Part shown: positions 1 to 14,704 of the stretch, one piece after another
How positions within the stretch are numbered: the first letter of the stretch is position 1
How the letters are laid out: every line of letters begins with the position of its first letter
Assembly: GCF_009914755.1 (NCBI RefSeq)
Contig: NC_060936.1
DNA from: the human T2T-CHM13v2.0 reference genome, Homo sapiens
Direction: 5' to 3' (one strand)
Length of the DNA: 64,000 nt
Translations under genes and position numbers: made by a program
Notes under the pieces: generated by a model
What the model was told of the DNA's origin: nothing
Database searches by the model: none
Seen by the model: the letters and a program-made list of their open reading frames with translations, nothing else

Positions 1-209
1 ATTATGATCTCTATTTTATAAATAGTGAAACTGAGACCCAGAGAAAATGTGATTTACCCAGGGTCATGTAACTGTGACACAAAGCTTCAGGGAAGAGTCT
101 TCAGGGCTTCAGTTTTCTAGTTGGGCTCTGCTTTTGCCATATTGGACTTCTCCTAAGGATTTCAACTCTGGAATGTTTCATCTTGCATGCCCTCAAATAC
201 CCACCCCCC

Positions 210-210
<1 letters not shown>

Positions 211-280
<70 letters not shown>
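211..280. repeat. Compound microsatellite (AC)n(AG)n
   Basis: Perfect AC run 211-256 followed directly by AG run 257-280. Confidence 0.98.
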
Positions 281-281
<1 letters not shown>

Positions 282-1367
282 CATGCCCCAATCTCTAGGC
301 AATCACACAATCTCAAGTTCACAGAAAATTCCATCCAAGAAAATACTTGCATCCAGAGAGAAACACAATACAGACTCCTCCGTGTGCACCCAAGCAGTTG
401 GGCAAAGCATAACACTTAGTTCTATATAAAACTAAACCTCTCATTTCAGGAAGTAATGGAAAAAAAAATCAACCAAAATTTCTGCATTGAGATAATAAAA
501 ATATCTTTTGTTATTCCTTAAAGGCAGATTGTAGATGTACTACATGTTAATTTGCTGTCAATTTATTCATTTTTTAAAATATAATCTCCTCCAGTCAAGG
601 TGGATTTAATTCCATTTTCATCTTGTGTACTTCCTTTCAAGGCTTGGTAATTTCTTTTCTATTTTTATCCATTCCACTTTTGCTTCCTGTCAATTTTTAT
701 ATCAAAATCTGCTTCAGTTCCATTTGGCAAGGTGCAGTAACAAAAATACTTCTCATGCTTTAATGTTTAAATTTGCCATTGCACTTTAATATGGTTCTCT
801 GTTTGTGCCAATGGCGTAACGTCAGCTCTTTCACTTGGCACAGATCCTGGACTTGCAGAAGGCAGGAGTTCGATTTCTATAATGGTTCTTCATCACTATC
901 TGAAATTATCCTTTTTCCTATTCATTTAGTGTGCATTGCACACCCACTATATGCTAGACACTGTGTGTGTGCAGCAGGAATGCAGCTTACATAGGAGATA
1001 AAATAAGACAGCAACTGAAAAAATGCTGGTATATGATGGCAGCACAGGTGTTCTGAGGAAGACCGTGCCCCTGCCATCATGCAGAGGAGGAGGGAAAAGA
1101 ACTGGGACACATACCAGTCACTAGAGGCCATGAGATTTTTCTCTTATCTGAAAGAAGAATATAAACTCAATGTGTCACAGACTGAGGCCATTCTGCAGCC
1201 ACTAGGCCATGCAACATTAAGCCATAGGACACAGGTATGATTGGCCAGAAGCCTGGTCCAAGAAAGGGCCCTGTGGGAGTGCAAGGGACACTACTTCACC
1301 ACTGAGACCACAGCCATGGATACAGACTCATTTTACCGCATTTTGAACCACCTGTCATGCCACAGGG

Positions 1368-1560
1368 AGTGTCAAGAGCTCAGGCTCTGGAATGAAACTA
1401 CTTAGGTTCGACTCCTGGCACTGCCACTCATTACCCATGTGCCCTGTATGTAACTAGTTTCCTCACCTGTAAAGTAGGTCCTTAGGATAAATAATTGAGT
1501 TGGTCAATATGAGTAATGGTTAGAACAATCCCTGGCACATAGTGAGCACTCAAGGTATTT
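1368..1560 (+). mobile_element. MIR SINE fragment
   Basis: MIR-type core gtttcctcacctgtaaagtagg and 3' part cctggcacatagtgagcactcaa; boundaries approximate. Confidence 0.75.
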
Positions 1561-2459
1561 GTTATCGTTTCCTGGTTTTGTTTTTTCAGGAAGTGAAACC
1601 CACAGGTTCTGTGGCTCTGCAGTGCCCTCTCTAGGATGCTTTTGTGGATGTGCAGTGGCTCAAGGTGCAGCAGGTAGGACAGAGCTGGGCAATTTAGCTG
1701 GTGCCAAACACAAGTGCACCATCTTACAGCTGCCCCCCATCCCTATAATTGCCATATCACCCTTCCCAGTCACCAGGGCAGGCCATTTTCTTCTCACATT
1801 GGGAAGAGAAGCACAGAGCAGAGTAACTGCCTCATAGAAAACACACATGAGAGAGTCATGCTGTCAGGGTTGAGGTTTTAAAATAACTTGCTCAAAATCA
1901 TATGTCAGGCAAAAGCCAGAAGAGGAATTTGGACCCAGATCTGTCCAGCCTCAAATGTCTTCCCTCCCCACATTTCATCACAGTTTGAGGTGATATATAG
2001 TGTATACATATACACATATATCCTCACACCCCAGGGTGGACTTCAAGTTCACTGTAATCACATTGCACCTGTATGTAATATGGGGGTGGGTGAGGAGTGT
2101 GCAGAAAATCATACAGTCTCTTTGGCCCCAGGTACAACTAGAAAAATATTAGCAAATATTTTATTAGTTTCTACTTCGTCACCCTCTCATATACCACACC
2201 TGCCTCTCTCAGGCTTATCTGTCTAAATGAACAAGTACATTCATTCATTCCTTCTCTAAATGATTTTTTAGTACCTACAATGTTTTAGACACTTCGGTGT
2301 ATAGGATAGGCAAAACTGTCACGTTAGGAATTTACATTCTGTTGGTGTCGGGGTGGAAGGGAAAGGCAATAAACAGGTAAACACATTAACAGGTAAGTTA
2401 ATTCCAGATTATGATGGGTGCTATTAAGAAGATAAAATAGGGCAATGGCATAGAGTCAT

Positions 2460-3022
2460 TCTTCACTCAGCAACCAACGAGCCTCTAAATAGCACTGTAC
2501 TTGCAACAAGATCCAAACTCCTTTCTGTGTCCTTCCAGGCCCTCCATGATCTGACCTCCCTCCAACTTCATGTCCTGCCATTTTATTTTCCTCCTTCAGT
2601 AGTGCCCAGTCATCCCAGCTTTCTTTTTGTTCCTCAAAATATAAAGTTCTGTTTCATCTCCAGGCTTCACACCTGTTGCTCTCCTTTTCTAGAACATTCT
2701 CCGCCCCCACACTCTTCCATGCCCCAGCTTTTTGAATGATTGATACATTCTCATTTTTTTCTGCCAAAATACCACCTCTTCAGAGAGTCTACAACCATAC
2801 CATTCATTCTCTTTCCTTTATTTTGCTGTTCATCTTCTTTATAGCACTTACCATTACCTGGAAGTGTCTGATTTATTTACTTTTTTCTTTGTCTCCCTCT
2901 CCTGCTCATGCTTGCAGACTGTAAATCCACGAGCGCAGGAGGTCTGTTCCATTCACAGCTGTTTCCCCAGTGCCTAGAACAATGCCTGGCACATAGCAGG
3001 AGTTTGCTCATGAATGAATGAA
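2460..3022 (+). mobile_element. L2 LINE 3' end
   Basis: Typical L2 terminus cctagaacaatgcctggcacatagcagg...tgaatgaatgaa; an opposite-orientation L2 piece lies at ~2240-2455. Confidence 0.75.
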
Positions 3023-4530
3023 AGCATATTCATGCACCACAGCCAAGAGACAATTCTGACAATCAGCAAATGGGACAGAGCTTCAAAAGACTGCCCTGCT
3101 AACACCAAAAATCTTCTACTTAATAAGCCCAGGAAGCAAAGACTGTGTGAGAATACAAAACACAAATAGCATACTTAGTCTTCAGACTCCAAGGGTTCCA
3201 AAATCGGTAATAATTTGGAAAGCAGCTATCATAGGGCTTAGAAAGGGATGTTCGTAAACTGCCCTTCCATCCTTGAGACCATCAAAAGAAATGGTATTCT
3301 GGACACCCTCCTAACCATTGTTATGGATGTCAAAATAAACACAAAACAAAATATAAAGCCAGGGATTGCTTTTCTAACACAACTTATTTACCTATTTTTT
3401 TCTCTTCCCAGAAGAAAGATAAAATGAAACTATATAATTGAACATTCAAGGGAGTCTGTGGATTTGAGAAAAGCCATAGAATTCTAGAGATGAAAGAATT
3501 TTTTTTAAATAATATGTGTTTTAGGACCAGAACTCTTTGTTCAAACAAGGTCTTAGGCAGAACATAAGAGAAAACATAGGTAAAAAAAAGATGAAAGCAG
3601 AGGTGATCTGGTTAAAGTCAGGGAGCCCCCTCACCCTACCCAGACATTTCCCTGGGTTGCAGGCATAAGGAGCACAGAGTGAGACCTGCAGATGTGGCCT
3701 AACCCTGTTATTTCACAGCCCATGAGAAGGAAAATGCCAGCCCACATCACAAGAGCAAATAATGAAATTTCAAAGCTAACACTCAGAGCTGAGCCTGCAC
3801 ATCTTTTCAACTAAATCATAGCAACCTTTCAAAAGAACAGAATAATATACTTAAAGAGAGTTTGCTTGTCTGGGCTCACCAGGCTTCTTCTGAGTACAAC
3901 TGCATCTTGTAAGAAATGTTTTATCTTCTGTTAGTGATGGCACTGTATTCTTTGTATTCTTTCCAGCATGGCTGGTCCTCTCAGCCAGGCTCATCCTGGA
4001 CCATACACCCTCTCTGTGCTTTTCTTCTCTAACTACTCACATTTTTCCATGAAGTCTGGGGTTAATGTTAGGCTTCTTTTCTAAATCCGCCTTACTTAAA
4101 AAATTGCTATACAAAACCACTCCACGCCAAGTATCTTGCAGGATTCAAATGTTCCCTAAAAGCAGTGAAGAGAGACATGACCCAGAGACTTGTAAAGCTG
4201 TGACAAAAGCAGGCAGAGCTCAGCTGAATGCATTTCTTTCTGTATGTTTTGACACCTCACACCTGGCACAGGAGGGAGGCAGTGCAGGAATTAGGGAAAA
4301 CAAGGTAAGAATTGATGTCACAAGCTCTACCAGCAATTATGGAAGTAGGTTACTCAACATGTTTACTCCTTCATTCATTCATTCAATGCATATTTCCGTG
4401 CTGACCAGGTACCATGCTAGGCTCTGAGGATACTAAAATAAGATTGTAACTCACAGCACTTACAGTCTGATAATAAACTAGCAATTACAGAATACAGTGA
4501 TGCCACTGGAGGATGAGCAGAGAGGGCCAT

Positions 4531-4995
4531 TGTGGTGGACTTTTACCTTGGTGATCCTCAAAACATCTTGCCTTCTATATTCACACTCTTGTATAGGCCC
4601 TGCCCACACTGACTTTGGCTAATGAGATAGTAGCAAGCGTGATGCATGCAGAGGATTGAAAAGTGCTCACACATGAAGGCTTTCCCATTATGCAAAGTCC
4701 AAGTTAGTTGTACTGAGAAAGTGACATGGAGACAAAGAAAGCAAGGCTGGCAGGGGAGGATGGGGGAGGTGTTCTAGCCTTCCAGCTGTCCTTGCCAAGG
4801 TTCCAGACGCATGAATGTAGCCATCTTGAATGCTGTGGCCCCATCCACCACCTAAGTGCAACAGCATGAGCAACCTCCAGCAGGAGAATCACCCAGCTGA
4901 GTCCCAACCAACCCAAGACTCAGGAACAAATAAAATAGTGGTTGTTTTAAGCTGCTAAGTTTTGGGGTGGGTTGTCACATAGCAATAAAAACACA
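4531..4995 (+). mobile_element. MLT1-family MaLR solo LTR
   Basis: TG...CA ends, MLT1 3' motif ttgttttaagctgctaagttttggggtgg, perfect 5-bp TSD GCCAT (4526-4530 / 4996-5000). Confidence 0.85.
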
Positions 4996-6186
4996 GCCAT
5001 ATACATTTTTTAAAAAGACCTTTTATTGAAATTCATGCCAGGTGGGGGTTTTAGATTTTGATGGATTCATTTTTACAATGTGATCTCTTTTTAAAATTAT
5101 TTTCCAAATGATTATTGATATAGCATAATATTTAGTTTGTCATATGCATGCATATTTACTCATACAAGGAAGAAAAAATCAGTAGACTGTGGTCAAGAAA
5201 AGAAGGCAAAAACCAGAATTTGTAGGAGAAAGAAGACAGAAAAACTGAAAGTAGTCAGGGAGAATGAATTTTGTTTGCACATTTTCTGGGTAAACTTATT
5301 GGTTCATGTCCAGCAAAGAAGTCAGTCTAGACAGTCTGCTGCTAGGAAGGCTAATGAGGGGTTATCAAAGGACAGAATTTAACTGCTTATGGATTCTCCT
5401 CAAAACCTTGAGAGCTTCTCAGGGGGCTTACATGCCAGGCTGTCTCTGGGCATTGGCTGACAGTGTCCTGTCATTAAGATCTTATCACAGCCAAGCTGGG
5501 ATGCACCATTTTCCTCATCACAGTTTTACATGCTGATTTTAATGTATCTAGCCACTTTATTCTGACCTCTTAATTAATGTTTTAGGTTTTCTCATTGTAA
5601 AATAAGATAATCTGTAAACAATAATTTAGTCTTTTCCCTTTTGTTAATATTAATATGTAAACTGCTGACAAACCACAACTCATGTAGGATTAGAAACACA
5701 AACTAACAAGCACTCAGAGCACACATCCAGTTGGTGTGGCTGACCAAGGATCCTTTCTACTCAGAGGTATTTGATCAGTGTGGCTGAGGCAGCTCTAGTT
5801 TGGACCAGAGACCACTGGCAGATGGCTCATTTAGTGTTAATTCTCATTATAAAAATTTTTCTGAAATCATCTGAATCCATGGAAAGATCTGTCTTCAAAT
5901 CTAGACAGTAACAACTCTTGCCTACATATTCAGCAGATGGTTAATTCTTATGACAGTAGCACTCCACAATCACTAAGCTCTATGGGATGCTAAGTTTATT
6001 TCCTGTAAAATCAAAGTGAAACAAGCTCTATTTGGCTGAAAATGGTTGTAATAAGATCCAACAAAATAAGGTTGCCTTTGTTTCTTCTGGGGTTTCTTTT
6101 TAGAGCTAAATTGGAGAGCTCCATAAACTTTAAGATGTAATGAACTGACTCATTTATTTCACTCTGCTTTCCATCTCTGACAGGTG

Positions 6187-6236
6187 CATACACACACACA
6201 CACACACATACACACTCCACCACCACCACCACCACT
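6187..6236. repeat. (CA)n followed by (CAC)n simple repeat
   Basis: Read directly from the sequence. Confidence 0.9.
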
Positions 6237-8887
6237 ATTGCCATCCCACTGCCACACCAGCTTCCCTACACTATAGACCACACGGTCCTTGTATGGGAAT
6301 TAGGTTTACACTATGTAAATGTTCCCAAGGATCTACTATGAAGCTCTGGCAATGCTCTATTTAGCCTAGGAAATTTGCTGCGATGCCAGACTAAGAGATG
6401 GAGTTTTCTGTGGAAGATAAAAGCTGCTTCCTTTATTTGAAGAAAATTAAAGTTTATTCCACAGATCAGTGGTTAACTCTCCAGGGCAAGCCCTTTTCTT
6501 CCTCCAAACTTCAACACATATTTCTACAAGTCAGGGAAATATGAATCTTCTTCCTTGGACCAGCTAAATGGATATCCTGTGGCAAGTTATTTGGAAACAA
6601 TAAAACAGGCAATCACCTGCTTAAGTGGCACAATCAGAAAGGCCAAGAGAGACTTCCAACCTTTCCCGAACACCTTAATAATTGAAACTTACATTGATAC
6701 CATTCTGTTTGCAAAAAGACAGAAATTCCCTATTTTCAAGGTTCTTATGTGGTTCTGAACCATTCCTTTGAGGAACTGGTGTCAACTACTGTCACATTAT
6801 ATTAAAGACCTGACAAAAAAGAGACATGGGATTGATGTTTTTAACTGAGCAGAAGTTGAAAGCTACTGGGGCAGTACCTAGGGGACTTTAGGCACTGAGG
6901 GGCTAAAAATTAGATATATTGTGGTGCAGAGAGATGAAGGAAGGAAGGGAATCAAAGAAAGAAGAAGCAATGACAACCAAAGGCAAATTTTGCCTTTTTC
7001 TAGCTCCTAATCTTTATTGTAGCAGTTATCTCTTATTAAGCACTATGTACCAGGTGTGCAAAGGTCTTTGCATGTGTTTGCTCATTACACCTTTACATTT
7101 CTGTTTACAAGGAGCAGAGGGGTTTAGGGCCCTGGCTCCAGAGGTTTCTCCCTAGTAGGGGATGAGATCATCCCATGCCATGTGAGCTTGTCAGGAACTT
7201 GGCATAGACCCTGAGGTTCTACTCAGGGCCTGAGGTTCTCAAGAATGAACATTCCTGGACATTCAGTAAAGAGTTGTTAATATCCCTGCCTGGATCCCTT
7301 TCTTTCTATTTTGAGAACATTAAGAGAGGGAAGGCTACTGACACTTGGAATGAATAGTCATGGGAAAGAAAACAGTCTTCAGGAACAATTTCAGGAAGGT
7401 GTGAGAAGATGAAGTGAGGACCAGAGAATGTGTTCCTGGGTGGTGGTGACCAAAAACCACCAGGATGGACTTGAGGGTCCCTAGAAATCAACTGGGGAGG
7501 GAAATCCTAGGAGAAAGATTGGTCTTCTTGTCAACCTAGAGGGTTTTTTTTTTCCACTTACTATGGTTTCAACACTAAAATAAATATGAACTTATTCCAC
7601 ACCTCAAACTGGTGATTTGAAATATATTTATTGGAAATATTAAAAATCTATATTTTTACTTTAGGGCAGATAATTGTGTTTTACCTCAATGTTCTAGTTT
7701 GTATTTAGCTTAAAGGACATCCTTGAAATATCTGTTTTTTATAAGAGCTTCAGAGTTAAAAGGGGAAAGGAAGATTGTTTAGGTTGAGAGGGTTCTGTTT
7801 GGGTTTGCTTTGCTGTTGTCGGGGGCGCTGGGGTGATTAGCATCATGCAGGGCATGTGATTCTGACACCCTCTTCTGTGGTGGGGGTGAGAAGGCACCGG
7901 TGCCACTAGTCCCTGACCTGTCCCTCAGACAAGTTACAAATGAAGACTGAGGGGGTGGAGTAGCTATGGAAACCAGGAGGGAAGGATTTTTTTTTTAATG
8001 CAAATGAATTAGAACAAAATGACTGGCATCCCTTTTTCTTTTTCCATCTGTGACAAAAATTCTGTGTCCTGGTTTCTACCTTCACTTGGAGTAAATTATG
8101 GGGGAAAGAACATCATGAAGACCTGCTATTGTCAGAGTGTCATTTCCTCTTTCTATCTTTCTGTGGATTAATTTTAAATCCATTTGATAGAATTAATCAT
8201 ATAAGCCAGTCTCATTTCCCTGCAAATGTCTGCCTTCGTGCAGGTGATTTTGTAGAAAGGAGTTTCTCCAATAAAGCAGAGCTTCTCTTTCAACTCCATG
8301 GACATCAGAGAGAGTCCCTTTCAAAAAAGGAGGCTCAGGTCTGGAGAGACAAAGGCCTCTACTTTCGAAAAGGCCTCTTGGATCAAGCCCAGGTATGAGT
8401 CGTCAGTACCACGTTTGTCTCTGTGGCACAGCATTTGAGATTTTCATGAGGCTACCTGACCTCAATCTGTTTCCTTTTATATATTAACTCTTTAGGTCCC
8501 AATGGGACATACCCATTTTATGAGTTACTGACATTTATAACTTACCTCATTTTAGCATAAACTTTCTGCCTTTTGTTCTTTTGTGGACAACATATTAGCT
8601 CTTGGATTCTGAGTTTTTAAATGGTATAATTTTTGTTTGGCTCCAGGCAACAGTAGTTCTACTTTGTGTCTGAGCCTCCCGTCATCATCTGTCACTCTGT
8701 GCCCACTTGTTCTATTAAAGTATCATCAGGAAGGCACACAATTGATCCAGGGTAAAAAATTCTGCTCCAACAGTGAATGAATCATTCAATGTGTGTCCAC
8801 TGGGAGAAAAAAAAACTCCACGCAGCATATTCATTTTCACAATTTTTATGTACTACCATGAAGTACATAAAAATTACTGTAGGAATT

Positions 8888-9195
8888 TTATTTTATTTTA
8901 TTTATTTTTTTTGAGATGGAGTCTCGCTCTTTAGCCCAGGCCGGACTGCAGTGGCGCTATCTCGGCTCACTGCAAGCTCCGCCTCCCGGGTTCACGCCAT
9001 TCTCCTGCCTCAGCCTCCTGAGTAGCTGGAACTACAGGCACCCGCCACCGCGCCTGGCTAATTTTTTTTGTATTTTTAGTAGAGACGGGGTTTCACCGTC
9101 TTAGCCAAGATGGTCTCGATCTCCTGACCTCGTGATCCGCCCGCCTCGGCCTCCCAAAGTGCTGGGATTACAGGCGTGAGCCACCGAGCCCGGCC
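8888..9195 (-). mobile_element. AluY-family SINE (young variant)
   Basis: Full-length, CpG-rich, AluY diagnostics (gcaagctccgcctcccgggttcacgccatt); TSD tactgtaggaatt 8875-8887 / tattgtaggaatt 9196-9208. Confidence 0.95.
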
Positions 9196-9772
9196 TATTG
9201 TAGGAATTATTACACTCACTTTGTTTCACTCTGCTCTACCTTCTAAATCTGAACATGTCCTGTTCTATTGATACTTTCTCCTGTCAATAGTCATGCTAGT
9301 GATGGAAGAACCTTGGCCAATATGATTAGAGTCTGAAAGATTCTCCTGGGTGATGTAAAACGAGCTCATAGGCAGAGGGGAGAACTTCCTTCTGTAACAC
9401 ACAGGCTGGCTTCTGACTCACCTACAAAAAAAGAAAAAAAGAGAGCTACTTGGTTCCACTGTCTCTTTGGATCTCATGAGTTGAAAGCTGAGGCTGTACT
9501 CCCCAACAAACATGAGTATTTCAGTTCTAAGTAGGTGACTGGAGAAAGATGAAATCCACTCAATTTGAAGAACATTTAAAAAATATGTTTTCATGCTTTG
9601 GAAAAGTTTCAGTGTGTCAGGTAAAATACTTGAAACTAAAAATTGTTGTAGATTTTGTACTATTGTTGGCCTGGAAGAGCAGTTCACATTTAATTAACGT
9701 TCTAAGGTAACACTGTGGCATAGTTATAGGACTGCAAGTAACAATTCACAAAATGAATTAATCATTGGATCC

Positions 9773-10462
<690 letters not shown>

Positions 10463-11904
10463 GATCCCTCAATCTTTTATTCAAGAGCAACAGGGACAGT
10501 GGCCATGACTACAGATGGGAGTCAAATATATCTGGGCTTTATGCAAGCTTAAACATGCACTAGATAATTGACACTGGACGAGTTACCCCACTGTTCTTGT
10601 TCTCAACTTTATAATCCTGGGAACGAAGATGGTAATAATATCTATTTCGCTGGGGTATCATATACAATAGTGCCCGGTACACTGGGGTGTTACATAAATC
10701 AGTGCTCAACAGTGGCTGTTATTTTGCTCTAGGATATTACTGAAGCATATAAAGCCTTATCTTTCCGACAGACTCCAGGCAGTCAAATGCCCTCTGCAAT
10801 GTTTCCTCAAATTCCTAGAGGATGTAATTTTCATGCCCCTGGTTTAGACAGAGGCTATCTTTCTTACACTCCTTAGAAGATAATATATTTCAAAATAAAG
10901 AAAGGTCTGAAAGATCTCATTGCTACTAAATACAGAATACTGCATTATCCATAATATTGAACTTAAATTTGCCTTTGTGCTTTTAAAATCTACTTTTAAA
11001 ATTCTTATACTATATCCAATTGTTGACATTTCCAGGTCTCTATTTTGTGGAGTTAGGACAGCATTAAATACAAAATGAAGAAAATGAAGGACAGATCTCT
11101 AGTGCATATACCAGCTTTACAGTTTTCTAAATGCAGTGCCACAAAATGTGCCACTGATGTCACAAGAGCTTGTAAGCCAGCTGGGGACCCAGACACATCA
11201 GAGGTGACATCTCAAGGCAGGGGGAGGGTACCAGAGGCAGCCATGGCAGAGCATGGGAAGAATCCCTTGGGGAGCCATGTCCAGTCTTGCAGATGCTAAT
11301 TAATCTTGTCATCATGTTGTGCCATTCCTCCTCCTTGGTAGCTCTGTCGGAGCATTCTGAACAATCACAGTAAGAGAAATGCAATGACAGCCATGCTTCA
11401 TCTCCAGCTGTTTCCTGAGAAGATGACAGGTATTCATGAAGCATTCCTCACAGTCCTGATGAGACTGAGGAGCAGAGTCCACTCCTCAAAAGATCCTGGA
11501 GTGTTGACATGTTCTGATGGTGTCAGTGATCTGCCAGGATTTGGGTATTTTATCCAGTGATGGATTAGAGGGCATGAAGCTGTGGGTTTTGGAGCTGGAC
11601 TCACCATTTTTAGGGCTCAAGGGTGTTATACTCTAAGACTAAAACTCACTGAGGGTAAGCACCTCCCTCCATGTTTTAAATTTCTTCCTACACCTGCATA
11701 AGACCAGTCTCTGTGTCCTGCATATAGTAGGTGCTCATTATATTTACTATTGATTATATTTACCAAAATATCTTATGGATTCCTAATTATTTAATTTCAT
11801 GGAGTCTTTACATTATCCATGGAACCACGTCCCTCTTGAATCTCATCTTATCCATCAGGACCTCTCTGACTGTCCCAGTTCATAGTAAGCTTCTCTTCCT
11901 CTGA

Positions 11905-12316
<412 letters not shown>

Positions 12317-14338
12317 TTATTTCCTTCATTTTCTGTTTTCAAACTGTGCTCTTTAGGGATCTGAGAGAAGGAAAACAGGCTTAGTGCCAACTCACACGAC
12401 TCTTAAAGGCAGCTCTCTTTACACAGAGATGTTGCCAAAGTTTTAAGTTTATTGCATAAAAGGACCCAAGGCGCTTTGTCGGCCTCAATTTCTGCCTGAG
12501 GAATGGTAGTGGGTAGGGGTGTTCATGTTTATGTTTCCCTGGTCTTCCAGTTACCCCATTACAAGTCAGCTGTCCCCTGTCATTTGAGATACTGACTTAC
12601 AGTGATGTCACAGTCAAGGACACAACAAGTAGCTAGGATGGACCTAAGGGTCTCTGGTATGCCTACAATGCCAGGCATTCGTGAGGTTTGTTTTGGGGTC
12701 AACATCTAGCTCAAGATTCATATGTATATTTTAATGAGGACTTTGCTTCCTTTTTTTCACACCTTTCTCCCTTCACTAAGCTGGGTGCTGGATGTTTGTT
12801 AGTAATACTAAGAGACATGAGACATTATCTCCCCCTTCAGATCATGACTCAGTGGAAGATTTAGATACATAAACAGAAAGTGACACATTGGAGTATGCAC
12901 TATGAACTATGAGAGCACAAATGAGAAACATGTTTTGTAAGAAATGCATAGAGGGAGAACTACATGGATATGAGATATTTAAGCTGGACCCTCAAAGATG
13001 ACAACACATCACTAAGTCTTGATGATCTTAGCTCCTAAATACGTCTCTAATCTCTCTGCTTTTTTCCATCTCTGCTGCTAGACCCTCATCAGAGCTGACA
13101 ACATGTCCAGCCTGCACTACTGCAAGAACTTCTTTGTCTATGGTAGTGTGGTCAACTGAAGAAGCCGGCTTAGTTGCTCCAGTCAGGTGCTCACACTAAG
13201 AAAGGATGGGTGAAGGTTATAAAGTGGCTGTGAATGAGAACTCGGTCTGGGCTCTACCAAGCAGAGAAGCCATGCAGAGATGAGAAAGGTGAAAGCCATG
13301 AAACCATGTTAAGCAGAAAAATAAAAATTCATAACAGAATGGGTGTAGCATTATATAGTGTTCTGTGGAGTACCATGATCCTTCTTCATGAAACAACTTC
13401 AAGGCAGACATCTGGTGGTTTTTTCCATTGCCCCCAAGGCAGAGAGTAACAGAAAGGATGGAGATGTGCAAAGAAGAAGTAAAAAGATGGAATCAGAAGT
13501 AGAAGAGAAGAGAACAAAAAGAGGAAACAGGGAATGGAAGAGGTCTTCCCACCCCACCACCATCAGCCCTGTCAAAAGTAACCTCACAGGCATTTACCTC
13601 AACTGGGACTCCCTTAGAAATGGTAGAAAATTTAGTTCTCTATGTTATACAAAAACAGTCTTCTGCATTGGCCTTTCATAGTGCCTAAAAACACTTTTTT
13701 GCTTATTGAAAAAAAGTAATTTTATAATATTATTAAATAATATTAATTTGCATTTTAATGCAAATACCCGTAGGAGAGGTAAATCATAAAAGCTAATATT
13801 TTGACATTTTGTGGACATTTATAGATAGCTAATAATGGTCCATACCTCAAAATGAAAAAAGGACAGGTGCGTGTGTGTGTGTGTGTGTCAGTGGGGGTGA
13901 CAAAAACTCTTGAGAATAAACACCAAAGAAGAAGGTATAAAGTGGGAGAATAGCAAAAATGAGGTGAAGCATCTCAACTGGGAGACCTGGAATGCAGAGA
14001 GACAGCTGACTCCCATCATCCAGGCCACGAACATTTTCATTGCGACCTTGTCAGTCACCTTCTATCTGCTATTATTATATCCACTCCTGCCCCTCTAAAT
14101 CATTCTCCACACAGCAAACCAGAGCTTCAAAATACATAAAGCAAAAACTGTTAGAACTGAAAGGAGAAATAGACATATCTGCAATTATAGTTGGAGGCAT
14201 CAATAGCCTCTTTAAACAATTGATGGAACAACTAGACAGAAAATCAGCAAGGATATAGAAGAACCTAGCAACACCATCAAATAACAGGAATGAATTGACA
14301 CTTACAGAACACTCCAACCAATAACAGAAGAATACACA

Positions 14339-14704
<366 letters not shown>

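Noticed and set aside
74-429. Overlapping ORFs with HT/ER/CV repeats (also 31387-31725 and 52517-52955)
   Set aside because: Translations of microsatellites that lack stop codons.
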